Shown here piece after piece: positions 37,294 through 47,689 of a stretch of 64,000 nt of DNA. The position numbers and the translations under genes are program-made. Under the pieces are notes generated by a model. That model ran no database searches and was not told where the DNA came from. It was given only the letters and a program-made list of their open reading frames with translations. This DNA is from an uncultured Cryomorphaceae bacterium (lineage in GTDB: Bacteria; Bacteroidota; Bacteroidia; Flavobacteriales; Schleiferiaceae), in assembly GCA_913031435.1 (NCBI GenBank), contig CAJWFD010000004.1, forward strand, positions 11,588-75,587, written 5' to 3'. The stretch's first letter is position 1. Every line of letters starts with the position of its first letter.

Positions 37294-39072
37294 TTACTCC
37301 GCGTATAAATCTTCTATTTGAGATTCGTATTTAGCGAGTATTGGCTTGCGCTTTAACTTGAAGGTAGGAGTCAAGCAGCCATTGTCAACGGTAAACTCTT
37401 GAGTGTCAATGATGACTTTCTTGATTTTTTCCCACTTGGCAAAACCTTCGTTCATCGTTTCAACATCTTGCCATACACGGTCGCTTACCCTGTTGTCTTT
37501 TGACATCTCATCAATGTTCGTATAGGATATGCTATGTCTTTTACACCATTCTTTTACACCATCCTCGTTGAGTATACAGATTGCGGCAGGGAACCTTCTG
37601 TTAGATCCTATGACCATACTTTGAGAAATAAGATGAGATGCTTTCAAGGAATTTTCTAGCAACTGTGGGGCAATGTATTTCCCTCCTGAAGTTTTAAACA
37701 TTTCCTTTTTGCGATCCGTAATACGGATGAAGCCATCCTCAATAACTCCTATATCACCAGTATGGAACCAATCACCTGACATAACCTCTGCGGTTAACTC
37801 AGGCGCTTTGTAGTATCCCATCATGATGTTTGGCCCTTTGGCAAGGATTTCACCATCATCGGCAATTTTAGCTTCAACACCATCAATTACCTTACCTACT
37901 GCTCCAATCCTTATCATTCCTGGCTGCGTCGTAGTGTTTACAGAAATAACAGGAGAGGTTTCCGTGAGTCCGTAACCTTCGAGAATTGGTACACCTATCC
38001 CATTGAAGAATCGTGCTAACCTTGGTTGAAGCGCAGCTGATCCAGAAGCAACAGCTTTAATTTGCGTAAGACCTAATGCCGCTCGAACTTTACTAAACAC
38101 GAGCTTATCTGCGATGCCTAATTTCCAGTGATAGAAAGCTCCGTTAGCGTGCTCCGGTTCCCACTTAAGTGCGAGACTGACTGCCCACTCAAAAATCATT
38201 TTCTTAGCGCCACCTGCGCTGGTACCATTCGCTACAATTCCATCAAAGAACTTCTCTAAAAGTCTAGGTACTGCAGTGAATATAGCTGGTTGCGTATAAT
38301 TAAGATCAGCCTTGATGGTTTCAATAGCTTCAGCAAAGTAGATGCTTGCTCCATTGTACATATATAGGTACTGAATAAACCTCTCGAAGCTGTGACATAC
38401 AGGTAGGAAGCTTAGCGCTTTCGCCTTTCCTTTTACTAAGCCTGGGATACGAGGAGTTGAAGCGATTACCGTGGTTGTAAGATTGCTGTGAGATAGCATA
38501 ACACCTTTTGGTAAACCAGTAGTTCCTGAAGTGTAGATTATTGTAGCCATGTCCTGTGGCTTTATATTATCCCTAATGCTATTGACTTCTTCTTGTCGTG
38601 CGCTTGAATCGCCAAGACTGGTCACTTCGGACCAATGGTTCATGCCTTCGTATTGCTCAAAGGAGAATACCTTCTTCATGTCTGGACATTTATCCAAAAC
38701 ATTACTGACCTTATGGTAGAGTTCGTCGTTCGATACAAAACAGTAGCTACTCTCGCTGTGGTTGAAGATGTATTCATAATCAGCCTCCGTCATGGTAGGG
38801 TAGATGGGTACATCTATTGCTCCAATTTGAAGTAGTGCGTGATCCATGATGTTCCACTCGCAACGATTGTTGTGCGAGATCAATGCGATTTTATCGCCTG
38901 GCTTCACACCTAACTCGAGAAGGCCTCTGGATGCTTGATCCACGGCATCTAGAAATTCACTGGTACTGTAACTTTTCCATTCTCCTGCTAGTTTTGAAGA
39001 CATCATAACCTCAAGAGGGAAATGCTCTTGTTGATACTTCGGAATATCAAATAAACGCGTCGGTTGATTCAT
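37294..39072 (-). CDS. Long-chain-fatty-acid--CoA ligase (AMP-dependent synthetase family)
   Basis: 592 aa with the AMP-binding motif IIYTSGTTGLPKGVMLSH, GYGLTETSP, and the C-terminal FTVDNGCLTPTFKLKRK. Confidence 0.9.
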   Translation of the reverse strand: MNQPTRLFDIPKYQQEHFPLEVMMSSKLAGEWKSYSTSEFLDAVDQASRGLLELGVKPGDKIALISHNNRCEWNIMDHALLQIGAIDVPIYPTMTEADYEYIFNHSESSYCFVSNDELYHKVSNVLDKCPDMKKVFSFEQYEGMNHWSEVTSLGDSSARQEEVNSIRDNIKPQDMATIIYTSGTTGLPKGVMLSHSNLTTTVIASTPRIPGLVKGKAKALSFLPVCHSFERFIQYLYMYNGASIYFAEAIETIKADLNYTQPAIFTAVPRLLEKFFDGIVANGTSAGGAKKMIFEWAVSLALKWEPEHANGAFYHWKLGIADKLVFSKVRAALGLTQIKAVASGSAALQPRLARFFNGIGVPILEGYGLTETSPVISVNTTTQPGMIRIGAVGKVIDGVEAKIADDGEILAKGPNIMMGYYKAPELTAEVMSGDWFHTGDIGVIEDGFIRITDRKKEMFKTSGGKYIAPQLLENSLKASHLISQSMVIGSNRRFPAAICILNEDGVKEWCKRHSISYTNIDEMSKDNRVSDRVWQDVETMNEGFAKWEKIKKVIIDTQEFTVDNGCLTPTFKLKRKPILAKYESQIEDLYAE

Positions 39073-39141
39073 ATCTAATGTATTGAGTGTTTATATTTTG
39101 AAAATTCAATATAGTGAAAATGTGGCATGGACCCTTACCTA

Positions 39142-40800
39142 TTAAAGTGTAGAAAAGTAATGTCCATTTACAACGGTTCCTATGACCTTAGTCGTCGATC
39201 GCTGGTCTTCCTTTGGGTCGAGTAAATTACTATTTAAGATGGTGAAATTTGCCCGCTGCCCAATTCTTATGGAGCCGTACTGGTGCTCGCCAAAAGCGGC
39301 ATAAGAAGCCCCGTAGGTCATCCCCGTAAGAGCTTCCTTAGGACTAATAGCTTGCGTGGGTATAAAGCCGTTAGTAGGCCAATTGTCATTGTCTTTCCTT
39401 GTAGTTGCAGCGTAAAATGTAGCCAAAGGATCTATATGTTCGAAAGGGAAATCTGTTCCGAGTGCAAGGATGCCAGCGGCATTTAATAGTCGTTTATAAC
39501 TGTACGCGTGGTGAATTCTATGTGGGCCAAGACGCTCTTCTGCCCAATACATATCACTGGTTGCATGTGTGGGCTGAACGGACGCTGTAATATTAGGATG
39601 CGTGTAGTAAGCACTGTCTTCAGGTGTCATGATTTGTGCATGTTCAACTCTAAATCTTAGATCTATAGCAGTATCTAACTCATTAAAGCTCTTCAGAAGA
39701 AGGTGATGTGCACTGTCTCCAATCGCGTGCACACAAAGCTGCCATTGGTTTCTAAGGCACCGGTCTCTAAGCGTATTAAGCTCATCATATGTTAGTAATG
39801 GCAATCCGTAGTGCTGCGGTAAGTCATGATAAGGAGTGCGTAACAGCGCTCCCCAAGAGCCAAGTGCGCCGTCTAAGTAGGCCTTAACACTTTTAACCCG
39901 GAGCAAAGGTTTTTCGATAGCTCCATATTTTTCAAAAAAGGATAGATTTTCCTCCGTGTTAGTAATCATGGCATTTATAGTAAGGTGCAGCTTACCCTCT
40001 GTTTGAAGAGAGTCCAATAAAAATATTTGCTCCTTATCGAGTCCTGCATCGGTCATGGCTGTAAGTCCATATTTGATCAGGCTGTCTTGCGCTCTTAATA
40101 AGGCGCTACGCCAAAACTGATTGGTAGATTTAGGAAGTGTCACTAAAGAGCACGCATTGTCAATAAGAACACCATCCATAATTTCTCCGCCGTTGATCAC
40201 AATATCATTTGTAATTCCGAACTCTGTCAGTACACGAGAGTTTATCCAGGCTGCGTGGCCATCTATTCGGCTTAAATAAATGTTAACGTCTTTAAATTCG
40301 GATAAATCGGAAGCTTTTGGGTACTGTTTTGTAGGCCAGTCATTTTGATCCCAACCATGGCCTTGAATCCAAAGTTGACCTGGGTGAGCGGTGATATATT
40401 TTCGAATACGGACAAGGCATTCCTCCATTGTCGTGGCGCCCACTAAGTTTACGGTACTCAACATTTCTGCATAGGCGAAGAGATGTCCATGTGCATCAAT
40501 AAATCCCGGATATAGATGTTCGCCATTCAAATCAATGGACCGAATACTGCCGGGCATCGTGTTCGCTGTATTGTAGCTGCCGACCTTCATGATTAAACCA
40601 TCGTTTATTCCAATCCAAACGTGCTCCATATCCAGTGCCTCATGGATCGAATCTCCTTTTGTATCATGCAGTATGGCGTTGTAAATAACCAAGTCAAATT
40701 TCTCTTGCGGTCTATTGCCGCAGCTAACGAGCATTAATACACTTGTAAGAACAAGGTTATAAACAATAAAACTTCGAGTTGTGTGGGTAAGATTGCGCAT
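39142..40800 (-). CDS. Amidohydrolase-family (amidohydrolase 3 type) metal-dependent hydrolase, lipoprotein
   Basis: 552 aa with a lipobox (LMLVSC). It has the HxH metal motif (GFIDAHGHL), a later HAIGD, and the GTDFP block. Confidence 0.8.
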   Translation of the reverse strand: MRNLTHTTRSFIVYNLVLTSVLMLVSCGNRPQEKFDLVIYNAILHDTKGDSIHEALDMEHVWIGINDGLIMKVGSYNTANTMPGSIRSIDLNGEHLYPGFIDAHGHLFAYAEMLSTVNLVGATTMEECLVRIRKYITAHPGQLWIQGHGWDQNDWPTKQYPKASDLSEFKDVNIYLSRIDGHAAWINSRVLTEFGITNDIVINGGEIMDGVLIDNACSLVTLPKSTNQFWRSALLRAQDSLIKYGLTAMTDAGLDKEQIFLLDSLQTEGKLHLTINAMITNTEENLSFFEKYGAIEKPLLRVKSVKAYLDGALGSWGALLRTPYHDLPQHYGLPLLTYDELNTLRDRCLRNQWQLCVHAIGDSAHHLLLKSFNELDTAIDLRFRVEHAQIMTPEDSAYYTHPNITASVQPTHATSDMYWAEERLGPHRIHHAYSYKRLLNAAGILALGTDFPFEHIDPLATFYAATTRKDNDNWPTNGFIPTQAISPKEALTGMTYGASYAAFGEHQYGSIRIGQRANFTILNSNLLDPKEDQRSTTKVIGTVVNGHYFSTL

Positions 40801-40830
40801 AGAATATAAATCTGTTGCTGTAAGAATAAC

Positions 40831-40838
40831 TAAATTTG
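40831..40838 (+). promoter_or_regulatory. Candidate -7 box (TAAATTTG) for purL
   Basis: Exact TAnnTTTG match. It covers the TTG (40836) that the ORF track uses as start, which argues for the ATG at 40857 instead. Confidence 0.4.
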
Positions 40839-40856
40839 AGCAAATTATTGCCGAAA

Positions 40857-43085
40857 ATGAATAGCACTGCTCTTGCCACTTTAGATCAAGCCAAAGAAAT
40901 GGGACTTTTGTCCGAAGAGTTTGATCAAATCAAGGAAATCCTTGGACGCACTCCCAACTACCTCGAATTGTCTATATATGGAGTAATGTGGAGTGAGCAC
41001 TGTTCTTATAAAAACTCCATTGTTTGGTTAAAACAACTTCCTAAAAAGGGACCTCACATGCTGGTAGAAGCTGGAGAGGAAAATGCTGGATTAGTTGATA
41101 TAGGAGACGGATTGGCCTGTGCTTTCAAAATAGAATCACACAATCATCCATCGGCAGTCGAACCATATCAAGGCGCTGCAACAGGAGTTGGAGGTATCAA
41201 CCGTGATATTTTCACGATGGGTGCACGTCCGATAGCGCAATTGAACTCGTTACGTTTTGGGAAACCTACGGAAGATCGCACGAAATGGTTGGTAAAAGGT
41301 GTGTCAAAAGGTATCGGAGATTATGGAAATGCGTTTGGCATTCCCATGGTTGGTGGTGAAGTATATTTTGATGAATGTTATCACCAAAACCCATTAGTAA
41401 ATGCTTTTTCTGCTGGTATTGTAGAAGTTGGAAATGAAATTTCAGCGACTTCTTCAGGTCCTGGAAACCCAGTATTTATTGTAGGATCTGCTACAGGAAA
41501 AGATGGTATACATGGTGCTTCCTTTGCCTCTAAGGACTTAGATGAAGATTCGGCAGAAGACATCCCTTCAGTTCAGGTTGGTGATCCCTTTCAAGAGAAA
41601 TTATTGCTAGAAGCTTCAATGGAATTAGCCAACACTGACGCCGTTGTTGGAATGCAGGATATGGGAGCAGCAGGCATCACCTGTTCTTCCTGTGAAATGT
41701 CTGCTGCTGGCGAGCACGGGATGGAGATATGGCTTGATAAAGTACCCTTGCGCCAGAGTATGGAGCCTTGGGAAATACTACTTTCTGAATCTCAGGAACG
41801 AATGCTTATTGTCGTTGAAAAGGGTAAAGAACAACAAGTGTTGGATATTTTCGACAAGTGGGATTTAGAATGCGAAGAAATAGGAGTAGTCACTTCAGGT
41901 GGAACGGTAAACTATTACTGGGAAGGTAATCTAGTGGGTACGCTTCCTGCTGAAAGTGCGGTCCTTGGTGGCGGAGCTCCCGTGTACCACAGAGAGTGGA
42001 CTGAACCTGCCTATTTCCAGGAATATAAAAAATTCTCTATTGATAGTATTGAAGAGCCTAAAGACCTTAAAGACATCGCCAGAAAGATGATCGCACTTCC
42101 AAATATTGCCTCTAAGCGTTTTATCTACGAACAGTATGATAGTATGGTAGGGACTCGTAATATGGGGACTAACGATCCATCTGATGCAGGCGTCGTTAAT
42201 ATTAAGGGGACGAATAAGGCGCTCGCAATGAGTGTCGATTGTAACTCTAGGTATGTGCATGCAGACCCAGAAGTTGGTTGTGCGATGGCAGTGGCAGAAG
42301 CAGCAAGGAACATCACTTGTTCCGGGGGTATACCTTCTGCGGTTACGAATTGTTTGAATTTTGGTAATCCATATAATAAAGAAGTGTATTGGCAGTTTGT
42401 GGGTTCCATCAAAGGAATGAGTGCTGCCTGTTTAAAGTTTGATACTCCGGTAACAGGTGGAAACGTTAGTTTCTACAATCAAACCCAAATAGGAAATACG
42501 ACTGAGCCAGTATTCCCTACGCCTACGATAGGTATGATCGGAGTCGTTGAAGACAAGAAGTTTATTACTACGCTTAGTTATAAAGACAAAGGCGACTTAA
42601 TCTTTATGATTGGGTCAAATAGAAATGACATTTCTTCTTCTCAGTACTTAGTGCACATCCACGGTATGGAAGAAAGCTCTGCTCCCTATTTTGATCTCGA
42701 GGAGGAATACGCTAATCAAAAACAGGTTCAAATGCTGATACGTGAGAACGCTATAAAAAGTGCCCACGATTTAAGCGAAGGTGGTTTATGGGTGGGTCTT
42801 CTGGAGAAAGGGTTTTCTTCAGGACTTGGCTTCAATGTAACCTTGCCTGCTGAATTTAGAAAGGATGCTGTTCTATTTGGGGAAAGTGCATCTAGAATTC
42901 TGGTCACGGTCAGTGAAGAGCATAAAAATAAATTCATTGATTTGATGATGCTCAATGGTTGCGAATTCGACCTGATGGGTCATGTAACTGAGGGAGACAT
43001 CCGAGTGGATGACGAAGACTGGGGTAAGGTCGCGGATTACAAACATATCTACGACAATGCTCTTGGTGAGATTTTAACAAAGTAA
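40857..43085 (+). CDS. purL: Phosphoribosylformylglycinamidine synthase subunit PurL (small, stand-alone form)
   Basis: 742 aa from the ATG at 40857 (the track starts at TTG 40836). The blocks EHCSYK, ESHNHPS and GAATGVGG are canonical PurL. No glutaminase domain is fused. Confidence 0.93.
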   Translation: MNSTALATLDQAKEMGLLSEEFDQIKEILGRTPNYLELSIYGVMWSEHCSYKNSIVWLKQLPKKGPHMLVEAGEENAGLVDIGDGLACAFKIESHNHPSAVEPYQGAATGVGGINRDIFTMGARPIAQLNSLRFGKPTEDRTKWLVKGVSKGIGDYGNAFGIPMVGGEVYFDECYHQNPLVNAFSAGIVEVGNEISATSSGPGNPVFIVGSATGKDGIHGASFASKDLDEDSAEDIPSVQVGDPFQEKLLLEASMELANTDAVVGMQDMGAAGITCSSCEMSAAGEHGMEIWLDKVPLRQSMEPWEILLSESQERMLIVVEKGKEQQVLDIFDKWDLECEEIGVVTSGGTVNYYWEGNLVGTLPAESAVLGGGAPVYHREWTEPAYFQEYKKFSIDSIEEPKDLKDIARKMIALPNIASKRFIYEQYDSMVGTRNMGTNDPSDAGVVNIKGTNKALAMSVDCNSRYVHADPEVGCAMAVAEAARNITCSGGIPSAVTNCLNFGNPYNKEVYWQFVGSIKGMSAACLKFDTPVTGGNVSFYNQTQIGNTTEPVFPTPTIGMIGVVEDKKFITTLSYKDKGDLIFMIGSNRNDISSSQYLVHIHGMEESSAPYFDLEEEYANQKQVQMLIRENAIKSAHDLSEGGLWVGLLEKGFSSGLGFNVTLPAEFRKDAVLFGESASRILVTVSEEHKNKFIDLMMLNGCEFDLMGHVTEGDIRVDDEDWGKVADYKHIYDNALGEILTK

Positions 43086-43104
43086 TCAATTGCCTAAATA
43101 AAAG

Positions 43105-43139
43105 GTCTGGCCTGCACTCATTTTAGGCCAGACTTTTTT
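43105..43139 (+). terminator. Rho-independent terminator after purL (overlaps the 3' end of the convergent ORF)
   Basis: Stem gtctggcct (43105..43113) pairs with aggccagac (43125..43133), followed by a T-run at 43134..43139. Confidence 0.7.
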
Positions 43140-43642
43140 ATATATCGCCCTATTGTATATTCTACAGTGAACACTTTTGTGGGTAGAATTAATTTTTTTG
43201 CAGGGCTTATAGCAATTGGCCAAATAACAGAAGCACCAATAGCTACTTTTTTGTGGACACGAATTACTCCAGATATTTGAGGTGTCACCCCCATACCTTT
43301 AATAAGAGCGGAAGTATTCTCTGAAGTATGCATTATTCCAACCCCAAACCTTAATTGGCTTCGTAATGGAGCAATGTTAACCACTCTTAATAAAGATAGC
43401 GAGCGCCAATCATTATATCGGTTTAATTCCTTCCAGATCCTTCCTCCATCACTTAGGAATAGTATCTCTAAATAAATGTTAGGCTTTATGTCATACCCAG
43501 CTTTTAAACTTGTGTAATTACAGCCTTGGCCTACAGATAAGTAACTGAACCTATTGGGCTCCATAGGGCCGTATTTCTGGCCATAGACACTGTGGGAAAA
43601 AAAACTGATCAAAGAAATAATTAAGACGGACTTTAACATCAT
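43118..43642 (-). CDS. Small secreted/outer-membrane hypothetical protein
   Basis: 174 aa with a signal peptide (MMLKSVLIISLISFFSHSVYGQ). No family recognised. Confidence 0.5.
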   Translation of the reverse strand: MMLKSVLIISLISFFSHSVYGQKYGPMEPNRFSYLSVGQGCNYTSLKAGYDIKPNIYLEILFLSDGGRIWKELNRYNDWRSLSLLRVVNIAPLRSQLRFGVGIMHTSENTSALIKGMGVTPQISGVIRVHKKVAIGASVIWPIAISPAKKLILPTKVFTVEYTIGRYIKKSGLK

Positions 43643-43690
43643 ATGTGACTAAACATTCCACTTAAGTTAGGACCTAATATTGTATCAATG

Positions 43691-44593
43691 CTAGGCATAA
43701 TAAAAAGATGCAACACGAAAAGTGTTTGCATGAGCCTCTATAATATTTTTTATTTCAGGGCTATAACCGCCACCCATATTAATTGCTATTGGAACTTGAT
43801 TTCTAAAACAACGCTCAAGAACCAGTTTGTCACGCTGTTTACATCCGTCCAACGTGATGTCCATCCTTCCGAGTTTGTCACCACGTAGAATGTCAACACC
43901 GCTTTGATAAAACACAAATTGAGGCTCTACTTCTTCGAAGAGTTTCGAAAGGTGGTGGTCAAGTATCCTGAGGTAGTCAGTGTCTCCTATATAGTCCGGG
44001 AGAGGTACATCCAAGTCGCTTTGCTCTTTATGATAAGGATAGTTTTTTTCGCCATGCATGGAGAACGTGAAAATTCTTGAATCCCCGCGGGCCATAGATG
44101 CAGTGCCGTTTCCTTGATGAACATCAAGGTCGATGACTAAGATTTTAGTAATATTATGATAATCAATCAATTCGTGGGCACCTATGATAATGTCATTCAG
44201 TAGGCAGAATCCTTCACCACGATCACTAAAGGCGTGATGTGTTCCTCCTGCGATATTCAATGAGCACCCGTTTTCAAGGGCAAATTTCACGGAGTCAACG
44301 GTTCCTTGGCATATAGTTCGCTCTCTATTGATGAGCTCTTGAGATAATGGAAAACCAATTTTTCGCTGTGCCTTGGGATCCAGAGTGAGTTGGTCTAATT
44401 TATCCCAGTATGCTGGGTCATGCGAACGTAAGACACGTTCAACGGGAAGAAGACCGGGAGCAAAGAAATTACCCATTTCTAAGGTGCCGTCGTGAATAAG
44501 CTGCTCTGGAAGCAACGAGTATTTAGCCATAGGGAATCTATGGTTCTCAGATAATGGATGGTGGTAAATCGGTGCCCAGGCGACCTTTAACAT
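43691..44593 (-). CDS. Histone deacetylase-family (HDAC/acetoin-utilisation AcuC-like) zinc deacetylase
   Basis: 300 aa with the motifs GGTHHA, DLDVHQGNGTA and GGGY. It starts 6 nt after the pheT stop. Confidence 0.85.
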   Translation of the reverse strand: MLKVAWAPIYHHPLSENHRFPMAKYSLLPEQLIHDGTLEMGNFFAPGLLPVERVLRSHDPAYWDKLDQLTLDPKAQRKIGFPLSQELINRERTICQGTVDSVKFALENGCSLNIAGGTHHAFSDRGEGFCLLNDIIIGAHELIDYHNITKILVIDLDVHQGNGTASMARGDSRIFTFSMHGEKNYPYHKEQSDLDVPLPDYIGDTDYLRILDHHLSKLFEEVEPQFVFYQSGVDILRGDKLGRMDITLDGCKQRDKLVLERCFRNQVPIAINMGGGYSPEIKNIIEAHANTFRVASFYYA

Positions 44594-44599
44594 ATGATA

Positions 44600-47011
44600 T
44601 TAACGTAATACGGCTCCTAAACGTTCGTTGAGCTGGTGTAAAATTCGTTGAACACATTTCTCTACGGCTTTGTCATTCAGTGTTTTTTCAGCGTCTTGAA
44701 ACGTCATTCCGATGGCATAGCTTTTTTTATTCGCGGGCAATCGATCTCCTTGATAAACGTCAAACAGAAAAACATTTTTAAGTAGTTTTCGTTCCGTTTG
44801 AAGAACAACCTCTTGTACGTCATTGTAGCTGGTAGCTTGGTCTACAAGCAAAGCTAAATCTCTACGAACAGACGGGGACTTTGGAAGACCCATGAAAAGT
44901 TGCGTCCCCTTAATGAGTGCCATGGAGATAATGGTATCCCAATTTAGACTGCTGTAAGCGACAGATCCTTTGATGTCAAAATGGTGAAGTACTTTCGGAT
45001 GAACATTTCCGATATATCCAACCTTGGTCTTACCAACCTTAATGTCGACAGACTCGCCAAAGAGGCTATGTGTGGAGGTTGTATAGATCGCTTTTAGGCC
45101 AAAGCGGACTAGAGTGGCTTCTACGATTCCCTTTAATTCAAAAAAATCGTTATCCACATCGCTGTCGGTCCAATGGTGCTCTCCGGTTTTGCCGGAAATG
45201 GCAAGATCTATATGTGAGGTTTCAAAGTAGCCCTTAGCGCCTTGTCCATATGTTTTTCCTCTTTCGAAAAATCGTAGACTAGGTTGTTGTCGTTTTTGAT
45301 TAAAACTAATTACCTCTAAAGCTCCAAACAACATTGTACCTCGCATCACATTGAGATCTTGGCTCAATGGATTTAGCATCTCTATGAGCGACTCGCTCAC
45401 TTCTGGTTGGAGGATTTGATAATTCTCACCCTTGGATAGGCTATTGTTCATGATTTCGTAAAACCCGTTTCCGGTCAATTGATTCAAAAACGAATGCTCT
45501 AGTTTTTCTGGACGAGGGTCGTGTTTTGCGACGCTAATTCTCATCTGATCAGGCACAGGTATATTGTTGAATCCGTATATCCTTAACAGTTCCTCAGCCA
45601 CATCAACGTCTCTGGTAACATCTACTCTATAGGTTGGGATTTTAACGGTCCAAGCATCAGCAATCACGGAAATAATCTCGAATTCTAGAGATTCTAAAAT
45701 TTCTTTAGCCTTTTGAATGGGCAGTGCTATTCCTATAAGTTTTGATACCTTATTGTAGGAGAAAGTAAGTTCTTGACGCGGGAATTCAACCTGTCCTTTA
45801 TGGTCTATAGCGCTCGCAGATGCTCCTGTAAACTCACAGATAAGGTGCGCAGCATAAACAAGTGCTTGGGTCGTTGCGTTTGGGTCAACACCGCGCTCGT
45901 AACGATAACTTGCGTCCGAATTAATCCCGTGACGCTTTGCCATCTTGCGCACTCTAACCGCATCAAAATAGGCGCCTTCAAGGTATATAGAGGTGGTTTT
46001 GTAGTTCACACTACTGTCCCTTCCACCCATGACTCCGGCTAAGCAAATTGGCTTTTCAGCATCAGCAATGACTAAGTCATTTTCACTGAGCTCACGCTCT
46101 AAGTCATCAAGTGTAGTTAGCTTTTCTCCTTTAAAGGCGGAGCGTACCATTACTTTTTGACCACTGAGTTTATTGGCATCAAACGCATGAAGCGGATGAC
46201 CGAACGTGTGCAGTACATAGTTTGTGATGTCAACTACATTATTTTTAGGGGTTAATCCAATCGCTGTAAGGTTGGCCTTCAGCCAGTTTGGGCTTTCCGC
46301 TACTTGTACGTTCGTGAAATGTATCCCGGAATAGGAAGGACAATCAGTATCTCCTAAATGCAGCTCAATAGTATTAGGCTGTGTACTCTTTAATTCTTCA
46401 TTAGGAACATAAAGCTCTGGAGCCGATTCGCCCAAAGTAAGCAGTGCTGCACGCAAGTCGCGAGCAACGCCAATATGTCCCATTGCATCCGTGCGGTTTG
46501 GGGTTAATCCTATTTCAAAGACATAGTCGCTTTGAACATTAAAGACCTCTGAACACGCTGTGCCGGATAAAAGAGATTCCTCTAGAACCATGATTCCATC
46601 TTCCCCTTGTCCTAGTCCCAACTCACTTTCAGCGCAAATCATACCTAAGCTGATCTCTCCTCGGATTTTACCTTTTTTTATTTTTAATTCTTCGCCGTTT
46701 GGATAGAGAATCGTTCCAACAGTAGCTACCGGTACTTTTTGTCCAGCAGCGACATTAGGCGCACCACATACGATTTGAATAGGCTCATTCGTACCAATCT
46801 CTAGGGTAGTGATTTTTAGTCTATCTGCATTAGGATGTTGAACGCAAGTGAGTACTTCTCCAACCACCACGCCACGAAGACCACCGCGAATAGACTCTAT
46901 CTCAGTAACCCCCTCGACTTCAAGACCAGTGTCTGTGAGCAATTCGTCTACTCTTTTCGGATCAAGTTGAACCGGTAAAAAGCGCTTTAACCAACTGTAG
47001 GAAATGTTCAT
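44600..47011 (-). CDS. pheT: Phenylalanine--tRNA ligase beta subunit
   Basis: 803 aa. The N-terminal MNISYSWLKRFL, a tRNA-binding OB domain, and B3/4, B5 and FDX-ACB regions are consistent with PheT. Confidence 0.95.
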   Translation of the reverse strand: MNISYSWLKRFLPVQLDPKRVDELLTDTGLEVEGVTEIESIRGGLRGVVVGEVLTCVQHPNADRLKITTLEIGTNEPIQIVCGAPNVAAGQKVPVATVGTILYPNGEELKIKKGKIRGEISLGMICAESELGLGQGEDGIMVLEESLLSGTACSEVFNVQSDYVFEIGLTPNRTDAMGHIGVARDLRAALLTLGESAPELYVPNEELKSTQPNTIELHLGDTDCPSYSGIHFTNVQVAESPNWLKANLTAIGLTPKNNVVDITNYVLHTFGHPLHAFDANKLSGQKVMVRSAFKGEKLTTLDDLERELSENDLVIADAEKPICLAGVMGGRDSSVNYKTTSIYLEGAYFDAVRVRKMAKRHGINSDASYRYERGVDPNATTQALVYAAHLICEFTGASASAIDHKGQVEFPRQELTFSYNKVSKLIGIALPIQKAKEILESLEFEIISVIADAWTVKIPTYRVDVTRDVDVAEELLRIYGFNNIPVPDQMRISVAKHDPRPEKLEHSFLNQLTGNGFYEIMNNSLSKGENYQILQPEVSESLIEMLNPLSQDLNVMRGTMLFGALEVISFNQKRQQPSLRFFERGKTYGQGAKGYFETSHIDLAISGKTGEHHWTDSDVDNDFFELKGIVEATLVRFGLKAIYTTSTHSLFGESVDIKVGKTKVGYIGNVHPKVLHHFDIKGSVAYSSLNWDTIISMALIKGTQLFMGLPKSPSVRRDLALLVDQATSYNDVQEVVLQTERKLLKNVFLFDVYQGDRLPANKKSYAIGMTFQDAEKTLNDKAVEKCVQRILHQLNERLGAVLR

Positions 47012-47034
47012 GTAGCTTCGTTTTCTTAAAGTCT

Positions 47035-47064
47035 CAAAGTTACACTTTGAAAAGTAACTGCAAA
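47035..47064 (-). promoter_or_regulatory. Candidate promoter for pheT (-33 TTTG, 18-nt spacer, -7 TAACTTTG on minus strand)
   Basis: Plus-strand caaagtta at 47035..47042 and caaa at 47061..47064. The -7 box lies about 24 nt upstream of the pheT ATG at 47011. Confidence 0.5.
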
Positions 47065-47080
47065 GCCCTTAATACGTGCT

Positions 47081-47686
47081 TTAGAACAAATTATAGAGTA
47101 CCGCTCCGTAGATGCCAAAACGAAGGAATCTTACCAATGTAAGAAAGGCGAACATCTTGAATGGATATTTATTTAATCCACAGAGCTGGCAGACGATAGG
47201 ATAGGGCAGTGGTGTCAGCGCCGCAAGTACTATGAGCAATCCTCCAAATCGATGCAACTGTTTAAGAGTATCACCATGCTTAAGTATTAATTTGTCATTG
47301 ACAATCTTACGCGTTGCCCAATATTTACCGATGAAGTAGGAGATGATTCCTGAGCAATAACTGAGCAATGCTAGAAGTACAAGCATCCATATAGGCTGGG
47401 CTGCTTCCCTTGCCCAAATAATCAATATTTCAGGAGCGATAAACCCTAATGTGATTTCTGAGAAAAAGAATAGGCTCAATAATCCAGGTGTTGACAACAT
47501 TTTAGTGAGCCAAGCCGTAGCAGAATCGATGTCAATAACAAAGGTGTCAAAAAGATAAAATAGAACGAGAATGACAAGGATAGACGCTACAACTTTCAAG
47601 GCATTTTGCCTTATAAAACCGTAGCCTCCAGTTCGTGTTAACAGCAGGTGATTAAGTTTAAAAAAGCGAGCAAAGCGCTTGGCCAT
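47081..47686 (-). CDS. YqaA/DedA-like (SNARE-associated) integral membrane protein
   Basis: 201 aa with multiple TM helices. Size and pattern fit the YqaA family. It starts 3 nt after the recG stop. Confidence 0.6.
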   Translation of the reverse strand: MAKRFARFFKLNHLLLTRTGGYGFIRQNALKVVASILVILVLFYLFDTFVIDIDSATAWLTKMLSTPGLLSLFFFSEITLGFIAPEILIIWAREAAQPIWMLVLLALLSYCSGIISYFIGKYWATRKIVNDKLILKHGDTLKQLHRFGGLLIVLAALTPLPYPIVCQLCGLNKYPFKMFAFLTLVRFLRFGIYGAVLYNLF

Positions 47687-47689
47687 GAG

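Noticed and set aside
40836-40856. TTG start for purL as given in the ORF track
   Set aside because: The TTG sits inside an exact TAnnTTTG -7 box (40831..40838). The ATG at 40857 lies at a sensible distance downstream. The difference is only 7 codons.
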